From assembly GCF_009914755.1 (NCBI RefSeq), contig NC_060928.1: a stretch of 64,000 nucleotides of DNA; one strand, written 5' to 3'. The translations under genes and the position numbers were made by a program. The notes beneath the pieces were generated by a model that saw only the letters and a list, made by a program, of their open reading frames with translations, had not been told where the DNA came from and did no database searches. This stretch comes from the human T2T-CHM13v2.0 reference genome, Homo sapiens. Each line of letters opens with the position of its first letter. The first letter of the stretch is position 1. Below, piece by piece: positions 31,586 to 43,329 of the stretch.

Positions 31586-32220
31586 TTATAACACACTACA
31601 TCTTATAAGGGAAGGCATCAAGGATGGGAAAGATAAGTTGTCTAAGGCCATGAAGTAAGCAATGGATAAGCTCTAAGTGTCACTCAGGTCTAACTGTCAC
31701 ACAGACTAGTCTGAGACTTTCTTACGACCCGAACTGTTTTGGATTGTTTTGAATTTTGGAATACAGCTGACCCTTGAACAACATGGGTTTGAAGTGAATG
31801 AGTCCATGGGTACATGGATTTTCTTTCTTCTCTGCCATCCCTGAAACAGCAAGATCAATTCTTCCTCTTTCTGCCCCTCCTCAGTCTTCATCCTCCTCAT
31901 ATTCATGTAGAGGAAGCTGAGGAAGGGAAGAAAGAGGAAGAATTGATCTTGCTGTTTCAGGGATGGCAGAGAAGAAAGAAAATCCATGTACACGTGGACT
32001 CATTCACTTCAAACCCATGTTGTTCAAGGGTCAGCTGTAATCCAAAATTCAAAACAATCCAAAACAGTTCTGGTCCTAAGAAAGTCTCAGACTAATCTGT
32101 GTGCCAGTTAGACCTGAGTGACACTTAGAGCTTGGCTGCTGCTTACTTCATGGCCTTAGACAAGTTACTTTATCTTTCCCATCCTTGGTGCCCTCCCTTG
32201 TAAGATGTAGTATGTTATAA
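31586..32220. repeat. Long inverted repeat: arms 31586-31884 and 31917-32220, 32-bp spacer
   Basis: Manual alignment gives ~18 substitutions plus one ~5-bp indel over ~300 bp (~94%); near-identical ORFs on opposite strands in the ORF track. Confidence 0.97.
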
Positions 32221-32540
32221 ATATATAAATATATATATCACATGAAATGTGTGTTAATTGACTGTTATAGGTAAGGCTTCTGGTCAACAGTAATTAAGTT
32301 TTGGGGAAGTCTAAAGTTATACAGGCATTTTGACTAAAAAGGAGGTTGGCATCTTTACCTTCTGCATTATTGAAGGATCAAAAACATTTGCATTATTCTT
32401 GCCATTTCGTTGAGCATTCATAATCTGAAAATCCAAAATCTGACATCTCTAATGAGCATTTCCTTTGAGCATCATTATCAGCACTCAAAAAGGTTTGGAT
32501 TTTGGAGCATTTGGAGTTTTGGATTAGGGATACTCACCTC
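31705..32540. mobile_element. MER46A/Tigger4a split by a Tigger2a/MER28 (31764 to ~32383)
   Basis: MER46A halves '...gaattttggaata' and 'tttgcattattct...ggattagggatactcacc' flank Tigger2a ends 'cagctgacccttgaacaac' and '...attattgaaggatcaa'. Confidence 0.75.
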
Positions 32541-32958
32541 ATATACCACAAATGGGTTTCCTTTTTTCTTAAAGCTACCAAAGGAGCTTTTTCCCTGTGT
32601 AAAGTCTGTGCAATATTCTTCAGGCTTAGTGAGTGAACAACCTCCTAGAGCCTTCATAGATACCAAATAAGGCATACATTCAAATGTACAGTCCGTTGAC
32701 TTTAATTCCTTTCATGACAGAGTCAATAATGGAATCAACACCTGTCAAAGCATCCTCTGCACTGCAGATAAATGAGTGGTCTCTGTCTCTTCTTATTTAA
32801 TACCTCCCTTTCCCACCCTAGAACTTAGTAGAATGTTTGCTATACATGAGGCTCAAGAGACCCCTGTGTTGAGAGTCAGTGCTAGCAATTGTTCAAAAAA
32901 GCAGAATAAAATATCAGTAGAAATTAAATTAGAACCTGCAGCCAGAGTCTTGAGATGA

Positions 32959-33289
<331 letters not shown>

Positions 33290-33733
33290 GAGAGTCATTT
33301 TCTTATTTCATTCCCTCTAATCAAGTTATTTTGGGGGAGGTTTGGGGTACAGGTACTTCCTTGCTCTAAATGTCTCAGTGGCGATTAAATACCTCCATCA
33401 CTATACTTTTGGCTTCTTTAACTGGCATTTTAATATCGTATTAAGTTAACAGAAATGGTAATCTGGAACAGATAAAAGACATTAATGACATTTTTTCCTC
33501 TTTTAATCTAGGCGCAAATCTTGACTCAAAATTAACAATTTTCAATTTAAAACCTAAGTATCAATGATAAAGTATTAATTTTGCACAGCTTTAAATAAGG
33601 CTTAACTCTAGGTATCACAAATTAAATGTTTTTAATCCTTTGATCCAGTTATTCCATTATTAACAATCTATCTTAAGGAAATAACTAGAGTTATGTGCAA
33701 AGTATAGGAAATGCATAAGAAAGGTCATTGCAA

Positions 33734-34964
33734 GGATTTCCTATTTAATAAATGGTGTTGGGAAAACTGGCTAGCCATATGCAGAAAGCTGAGACTGGAT
33801 CCCTTCCTTACACCTTATACAAAAATTAACTCAAGATGGACTAAAGACTTAAACGTAAGACCTAAAACCATAAAAACCCTAGAAGAAAACCTAGGCAATA
33901 CCATTCAGGACATAGCCATGGGCAAAGACTTCATGACTAAAACATCAAAAGCAATGGCAATGAAAGCCAAAATTGACAAATGGGATCTAATTAAACTAAA
34001 GAGCTTCTGCACAGCAAAAGAAACTAGCATCAGAGTGAACAGGCAACCTACAGAATGGGATAAAATTTTTGCATTCTATCCATCTGACAAAGGGCTAATA
34101 TCCAGAATCTACAAAGAATTTAAATTTACAAGAAAAAAACAACCCAATCAAAAAGTGGGCAAAGGATATGAACAGACACTTCTCAAATGAAGACATTTAT
34201 GTGGCCAAGAAACATAGGAAAAAAAGCTCATCCTCACTAGTCATTAGAGAAATGCAAATCAAAACCACAATGAGATACCATCTCACGCTAGTTAGAATGA
34301 CTATCATTAAAAGTCAGGAAACAACAGATGCTAGAGAGGATGTGGAGAAATAGGAATGCTTTTACACTGTTGGTGGGATTGTAAATTAGTTCAACCACTG
34401 GGGAAGACAGTGTGGCAATTCCTCAAGTATCTAGAACTAGAAATACCATTTGACCCAGCAATCCCATTATCAGGTATATACCCAGAGGATTATAAATCAT
34501 TCTACTATAAAGATACATGCACATGTATGTTTGAGGCACTGTACACAACAGCAAAGTCTTGGAACCAACCCAAATGCCCATCAATGATAGAATGGATTAA
34601 GCAAATGTGGCACATATATACCATGGAATACTATGCAGCCATAAAAAAGGATGAGTTCATGTCCTTTGCAGGGACATGGATGAAGCTGGAAACCATCATT
34701 CTCAGCAAACTAACACAAGAACAGAAAACCAAACACTGCATGTTCTCACTCATAAGTGTGAGTTGAACAATGAGAACACAGGGTCACAGTAAGGGGAACA
34801 TCACACACCAGGACCTGTCGGGGGTTAGGGAGGGGTAGCATTAGGAGTAATACCTAATGTAAATGACAGGTTGATGGGTGCAGCAAACCACCATGGCATG
34901 TGTATACCTATGTAACAAACCTGCACGTTCCGCACATGTACTCCAGAACTTAAATTTTTTAAAA
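33734..34964 (+). mobile_element. 5'-truncated L1PA (PA6-8-like), ORF2 C-terminus and 3' UTR
   Basis: '[32 protein letters not shown]'; TSD AAAGGTCATTGCAA at 33720-33733 and 34965-34978. Confidence 0.94.
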
Positions 34965-35018
34965 AAAGGTCATTGCAACTGTATTTAATTCAAGACAGCC
35001 CAAATTTCTAATAGTAAT

Positions 35019-35401
35019 TGTATTAGTCCATTCTCACACTGCTATAAAGAACTACCTGAGACTGGGTAATCTATAAAGAAAAGAGGTTTAATTGACTCAC
35101 AGTTCCACATGGCTGGGGAAGCCTCAGGAAACTTACAATGGTGGCAGAAGACAAACGAGAAGCAACAACTTCTTCACAAGGCAGCAGGAGAGAGAGCAAG
35201 TGAGGGGAGAAGTGCCACAGTTTTAAGCCATCAGATCTTGTGAGAACTCACTCACTATCACGAGAACAGCATGGGGAAACCACCCCCATGATCCAATCAT
35301 GGTGTTAGGTGATTAGGGGTTAGGTTAGATCCCTCCCCTAACATGTGGGGATTACAATTCGAGATGAGATTTGGGTAGGGACACAGAGCCAAACCATTTC
35401 A
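35019..35401 (-). mobile_element. MSTA solo LTR
   Basis: TG...CA ends; TSD GT(A/G)AT. Confidence 0.88.
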
Positions 35402-35439
35402 GTGATGAATTGGCTAGTAAAATAGTGGTTTATCTATAC

Positions 35440-35770
35440 CAGCAGCTCTCAAACTTTGTGGTCTCAAGACTCCATTACACTTTTAAGAATGTTTGAGCCC
35501 CCTGAAGAGCTTTGGTTTATGTGGGTTATCTATGTGAATATTTATCATATTAGAAATGAAAAGGGAGAAAAGTTTAAGACACAGAAATACACAAGCACAC
35601 ATTCCATTAGTTGTCAGAGTGATGACATCACATCATGTAGCTGTCAGAGTGATGACATCACCACATCAGCAAACCCAAAATTAAGAACAAAATGGGAAAT
35701 AATGTCTTAGTATTAAGAAATAGTTTTGACCTTGTGAACCCTTGGCATCTTAGGGAAACCCTTGATCTAT
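35440..35770. mobile_element. hAT-Charlie (Charlie4a-like) element with a 30-bp internal tandem duplication at 35612-35670
   Basis: Start 'cagcagctctcaaactttgtggtctcaagac'; 'tgtcagagtgatgacatcac' occurs twice. Confidence 0.65.
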
Positions 35771-36035
35771 AAAATAGAATAAGATTCCACCAAAAAAATG
35801 TTGTATAAAGCATTCACTGACACTGAAAAATCCCAATTTTTAAAAAAGCAGACCACAGAACAGTATGAACAGGATTATACGATTTAAAACAAATTTAAAA
35901 AGCAATGGAAAGACACACTAATATTTTACAAGTATATATCTCTAGATGGTGAAAATACTAGTTTTTTTTCTGCATTGAGATTTTTCTTTATTTTTATTTT
36001 TTTGAGACAGAGTCTTGCTTTGTCGATTAGGCTAG

Positions 36036-36475
36036 TGTGATGGTTAATACTGTGTGTCAACTTGATTGGATTGAAGGATACAAAGTATTGATCCTGGGTA
36101 TGTCTGTGAGGGTGTTGCCAAAGTAGATTAACATTTGAGTGAGTGGACTGGGAAGGCAGACCCACCCTCAATCTGGGTAGGCAGCATCTGATCAGCTGCC
36201 AGCATGGCTACAATATAAGCAGGCAGAAAAATGTGAAAAGAGAGATTGCCCTAACCTTCCAACCTACATCTTTCTCCCATGCTGGATGCTTCCTGCCCTT
36301 TAACATCAGACTCCAAGTTCTTCAGTTTTGGAACTCTGACTGGCTCTCCTTGCTCCTCAGCCTACAGATGGCCTATTGTGGGACCTTGTGATCATATGAG
36401 TTAATACTTAATAGACTCCCCATATATATCTATATCCTATTAGTTCTGTCCCTCTAGGGAACCCTAACTAATACA
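36036..36475 (+). mobile_element. MLT2A1 (HERV-L) solo LTR inserted inside an Alu monomer (FLAM, ~35990-36564)
   Basis: 'tgtgatggttaatactg..tgtcaacttgattggattgaaggat' ... 'aaccctaactaataca'; TSD GCT(A/G)G; Alu sequence resumes on both sides. Confidence 0.88.
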
Positions 36476-36927
36476 GCTGGTATCCAACTCCTGGGCTCAA
36501 GTGATCCTGTCACCTCAGCCTCCCAAAGTACTGGGATTACAGGTGTGAGCCACTGTGCCTGGCTGAGATTTTTCTTTTGTAATTAGAATAAAACGCATTT
36601 ACCAAACATATACTTAATGCCTATTTACAGTCACCTGTATTTTCCTTCCCAGACCTGAAAATTTCAGCTTAGTAGCTTTAGGAAATGTATCACTAAAAAA
36701 TATTAATACAAGGTATTAGTTTTGCACAGCTCTAAATGAGGCCTACTTGTAGATTGTCCTTGCCTCTTAAAGTGCGGTCTGCAGACCACAGCATCAGTAT
36801 CACCTGGGAGCACGCTAGAACCATGGATTCTTCAGCCTCAATCAAGACCTACAGAATCAGGACCTGCATTAAGACCCAGATGATTTGTGTGCACAACAGA
36901 ATTTGAGAAACCATGGGGGTACGTTAG

Positions 36928-37279
<352 letters not shown>

Positions 37280-37514
37280 ATTTTTTGTCTTTTCTAATGC
37301 TCTCAGGTGATTCTAATGTGCATCTAGGGCTGAGAAACTGCTGCTCTAATGCAGGGGCCTGGCTTGAATCTAAAAAAGAACAAGATTGTTACCCCAATCT
37401 CTACCTACTTTAAAAAATATCCTCCCACTGCAACATGTAGTGACCTCCCTGCCAGTTCCCGGGTCCTAGAATTTCACAGGAACAGCAGAACCAGATGGAG
37501 AAAACAGCTGGTAA

Positions 37515-37835
37515 TATAGTTTGTTCAGGCTACTATAACAAAATGCCGTCAACTGGGTAATTTATAAACAGTAGAAATATGCTCACAGTTCTGGAGGCTA
37601 GGAAGTCTAAGATCAGGGTGTCAGCATAACTGGATTCCAGTGACAGCTCTTTTCTGGGTTGCAGACTGCTTCCTTCTCGCTGTGTCCTCACATGGTGGAA
37701 GAAGGCAAACGAGCGCCCACAAGCCTCTTTTATAAGGGCACTAACTCTGTTAATGAGGGCTCTGCAATCATGATCTAATCACCTCCTAAAGGCCCCACCT
37801 GTTAATACTACCACGGTAGGGATTAGGTTTCAACC
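37515..37835 (-). mobile_element. MLT1A-like MaLR LTR
   Basis: 'cacagttctggaggctaggaagtc..aagatcagggtg', 'tgtgtcctcacatggtggaag'. Confidence 0.78.
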
Positions 37836-37904
37836 CTAACAGCACAGAGCTTGTACCTATGTTGTCCAATTTTACAAAAAAATTCTACTTTTCACATCAC
37901 CTTC

Positions 37905-38260
37905 TGATATGGTTCGGCTGTGTCCCCGTCCAAATCTCACCATGAATTGTAATAATCCCCATATGTCAAGGGCAGGGCCAGGTAGAGATAATTGAATCAC
38001 GGGGGTGGTCTCTCTCATACTGTTCTCCTGGTAATGAATAAGTCTCATGAGATCTGATGGTTTTATAAATGGGAGATCCCCCGCACAAGTTCTTTTGCCT
38101 ACTGCTATGTAAGATGTGACTTTGCTCCTCATTCACCTTCTGCCATGATTGTGAGTTCTCCTTAGCCATGTGAAGCTGTGAGTCCATTAAAACTCTTTCC
38201 TTTATAAATTACCCAGTCTTGGGTATGTCTTTATTAGCAGCGTGAGAACAGACTAACACA
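37905..38260 (+). mobile_element. THE1 solo LTR
   Basis: 'tgatatggttcggctgtgtcccc...gagaacagactaacaca'; TSD CCTTC (37900-37904, 38261-38265). Confidence 0.92.
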
Positions 38261-38992
38261 CCTTCATTGTGGATGAGGTAGTTACTGATCACCTCAATTA
38301 CCACTGCTGTCATTCAGCAAACTTTCAAGTGCCTGGTATATGCCAAGTACTGGGCCACAATTCCAAGACTCTCTATACTGGACCTTGCTGCTTATCTGAG
38401 CTTTTCCCCACTCTTTCGTCTGGAGGTTCTGGGCCCTTCCCAACCTCCCCAGCAGCATAGGCTTTATTATGGCCCCTTCCACATTCCCCAGGGGCCCAGA
38501 CCAAACCTCTCTTCCTTCTTGAGACCATCTTCCATTAACCCCTGTGTTCTTCCTGTATCTCAACCAGGCACCATTTTGAGAGATGTCAGTTTAGCTCTTG
38601 ATGAATTGGAAATTTTCCACATGTGGGGTTTTCCCCTCCATCAGTTTACATTTCCTCAGGAACTTATGCAGCGTGCTTATAACACCTGCCTGGAACACAG
38701 TAAACTTCTAGTCAATAAATGTGACCTGTTATTTCAAGGGATAGATGATATATTCACCCCTAGTACCCAGCCTGCAACAGGTAGCCAGAGAACTAGTGGG
38801 CCTGATTCAGTTGCAAAGTAACAAGACTAAAGACAGCACAAGTGTGGAAATATGGCTATTTTCTTTATAAAACTTGAGTCACTCTAACAACTTGAATTTA
38901 AGATAATTTACTTCAAATAAATACAGAATGCAGACTATGACTTAATCATAATAAATCATTCTCTATGTTTAAAATGTCCCACAAAATGTTGA

Positions 38993-40024
<1,032 letters not shown>

Positions 40025-41114
40025 AGACCAAAGCAAAATCCAGGTGATTCACACTGGTGGTATGTATGCATATATGTGTGTATTTCTAAGTACAGTGTGT
40101 AGAAGTAACACACTGGTGGTTTTAGAAGAAATATAAAGATGTTCTATTCCTTGTTTCTGGAGAGTTGCTCATTTTGAAGAGGAATTGAAGTGCAAACCAG
40201 GGTCCTGGGGCCTTTTGTCACAAAAACCTCTGAAGTTCCAATGGAGGGTGGTGTTCCCTGGGAGGGAGGGTGCAGAGCATTGTCCTCCCAGCCCCATTGA
40301 GGACACCTTTAGGACAGTGCCTCTGCCTGGAAGATGAGCAGCTTTAGGCAGTCACCATCGTCGTCTAGAAACCACATTTGAAAACTGGTGGGAGGACAAG
40401 GCCCAGCTCCATCCTGCCGCGATAAACTCCCAGCAGCAAGATCCCAAGCAGGATAGATGGTGATGGGAGCAAAACGTCCTGTTCTCTCATCTTTCCAAAA
40501 CAAGCCTTGCCATTTTCAGGAGCGTGTAAAGGAAATAAAACACCTACCCGCCCTAAGCAGGCAACATAAGCTGTGTACCTTCAAGTTTCTCCAAAGCACA
40601 AGCGCCTCTGAACATACAGTGTTTTTATCCCTGAACTATTCCAACTCCAGTCCGGAGTGGTTTTACGCAGTCGACACTAGAGGGCAGGCCATTAAAACGT
40701 TCCCGTTCAAACGAGTTGCTCTGCAAATGCAAGAGCTGACACAGCACCTGAAGGTCCGCTCCGTATCTGAAAAGTAGCTTTCCCCCACGGAGAATGCAAG
40801 CGTGCGTTCGGTATGGGGCAAGAGCGTGGGAAGCCTGCTACTGCTTTCCTTTCGGGGCATATTTACAGTGAAAGCCCGTGAACTCGCCTGCTCTTCCCTT
40901 AGATTTACTTTACTTGGGAATTCCTAGAAGTGGAAAAATAAATCACAATGGCCAGTGCGGGTCCCCAGAGGTTTAGCCCCGGCTAATGGATAACAGGAAG
41001 GGACTAAATCAGCCTCCTCTCACCAGCGGCAAGTTTACAAGAGAACCACTCAGCATGAAAACGCCAAAGCAAGCTGTACTTAATCCCTCAAGAAGTCCTA
41101 AAAACTGTAATTTT

Positions 41115-41406
41115 ATTAAGTTAGAGACAGGGTCTTCCTCTGCCAACCAGGATGGAGTGCAGTGGTGCGATCATACTTCACTCCTGGGCTCAAGCTGTCC
41201 TCCTGCCCCAGCCTCCAGAGTCGCTGGGAGTACAGGTGCATGACGCCAGGTCCAGCTAATTAAAAAAAATTTTTTTTTTCATTTTTTTAAGACACGGGGT
41301 CTTGCTATGTTGCCCAGGCTAATCTTGAATTCCTGTCCTCAAGCAATCATCCTGTTTTGGCCTCCCAAAGTGCTGGGATTACAGGTGTGAGCCACCTTGT
41401 CTGGCC
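41115..41406 (-). mobile_element. AluJ
   Basis: TSD AAAACTGTAATTTTAT. Confidence 0.85.
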
Positions 41407-43084
41407 TAAAACTGTAATTTTATAAACTCTTTGTGGCAAACCCCTCCAAACAAAAAGGCTCGGGTGAGTGTAAGGATGGCTTTGCTCCAAGTTCAGAGTT
41501 TGGCTTCTCCGCCGTGCTCCCTGCCCCCACCCACCCCCCCACCCCCATCTGACTGCCTTGTCTGTTATCATGTGTAGATTTTCTATGGATTTTATTGTGT
41601 CATCATGATAAAGCCAATGTTAATGTATTTTTCAGGCAAATGCTGCATTTTCCTCCTCAAAGACTAGGCTTCTCACTCTGGAATTGGGCAGCACCTAGAA
41701 GCAGCCCCATGGCCTCACTGGAGAGAGCTCTGGCCATGAAACCCTGCTGGCCAGCGTTTATAGAGGGCTTCCCAGTTCTTCATTGGAGGTCTAAACAGGA
41801 TTTCCCTAGAGAAGGAGGGCTTCGTGGAATAAATGACAAAGGGAGTTGGGGTGGCCTGCCAGGTCACTGGGCTCCAGCTCCTCATTGTTCAGCCCACAGG
41901 CTTCCCAGGGCGCCTGTCCAAGCCAGCCGGAAACAGACGAAACTGCAAAATCACTCCATTCCTGCCCACACAAACACGGGGAAATGAATGATCACTTTGC
42001 ACAAGAAACCTCCAAGAGACACTTTGAGGATCCCCTTGAGGAAAGGACAACTGGGACCTGTGGCAGGAAGAAGGCTGAAAGAAAAGTCCAGGTTTATTAC
42101 TCCCTGGGAGAAGGAAGAGGAAGAACAAAGGAAATGCACTTCTTTAAGTACTTCATGATGCAAAATATTTTTAAATTCCTGAGTTCACATTTAAAAACTG
42201 TATATTTTTAAATTATAGGAGCAATGATGTTAGTGGTAACCAGCCCAACAACAGAAATAAAGAGAAATTTAATAAGCTTCCCCTAAAGTCTACCTTCTAC
42301 ACATTGAAGAAACTTCCTCCAAGTTTTTGAGTTTTATAGACAAAGCATCCTTTTACTTCTGAGCTGTCATTTTTTTTTCCTTTGTTGGCTTATAGTTTGC
42401 AACAAGCAAAGAGGGCCAATGTAGACAATAAGAAAACTCAAGAAGCAGGGATTGGCCATCTCCAATCATCACTGATAAATTTCCTTAAAATCAAAATAAC
42501 GTTGTTTCAAATATCTGAGATATGAGGCAAAACGTTTCTTGAACAAGTCTGACACTATGTTGTCAGGATCTAAGTGTGCTATATGAACCTTAAAATTTGT
42601 TTTCATTTGATCTTTGAAAAAAGTATTTAATCAGTTCTAACGACGGAAGTCTTCTTCTGCAGTGATAATTCACAATGAAAGACATTTAAGCTGACGTTTC
42701 TCTAATGGGTTTTTAAGATTCCAGCTCCAAGGGACTGTGAGAAATTATTTTCTTATATAAAAGGTTGTGAATATTATCAACATTTATCTAAGCCCATAAG
42801 TCATAAATCCCACCAGGCATTAAATTTTCAAGGGAGCTTTTAAAACATAGATTACCCTGTCTCCCACTCCAGAACTGCTAGGGGTAAGGTCTGGGGAATC
42901 TGTATTTCACATGGTCCCCAAGTGATTGTAACCAGCAGATGACCTCATGGGCAGGGATTTCCTACATACGAGGCTCTGGCCTCTGTGTCTTGTCAGTCAG
43001 CATTTTTAAGTACAAAGGAACCTTTCCCTTCCCAACTACAAAATCTTACCTTTCTGTTTCCCCTCCTAGAAAACTGGATCAGAA

Positions 43085-43275
43085 CAATGCTTCTCAAAGT
43101 GTAGTCCCCAAACAAGCCGCAAACAGCATCACCTACGATCTTATCAGAATACAAATTCTCCAGCCCCACCCCAGACCTACTAAGTTAGAAATTATGGGCA
43201 CGGAGCAAATGCATTCATGTGTTTTAACAAGTCCTCCCAGTGATTCTGACACCTGCTAAAGTTTGAGAACCACTG
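43085..43275. mobile_element. MER5A
   Basis: 'caatgcttctcaaagtgtagtccc...aaagtttgagaaccactg'. Confidence 0.8.
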
Positions 43276-43329
43276 GATTCGAAAATTTCACAATTTCAAG
43301 AAAGAAGTAATGAAGAAAGACACACCATG

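Noticed and set aside
31706-32095. Two near-identical ~95-aa ORFs on opposite strands
   Set aside because: A by-product of the palindrome over non-coding Tigger2a/MER46A sequence; no coding evidence.
33711-34766. Longest ORFs in the track (159 and 136 aa)
   Set aside because: Frameshifted L1 ORF2 remnants in a 5'-truncated, inactive L1PA.
35612-35670. Direct repeat superficially like a repeat-spacer unit
   Set aside because: A single 30-bp tandem duplication in a Charlie element; no array, and the DNA is human.
41595-42211. Overlapping 120-130 aa ORFs in unique DNA
   Set aside because: No recognisable domain or splice structure; compatible with chance.
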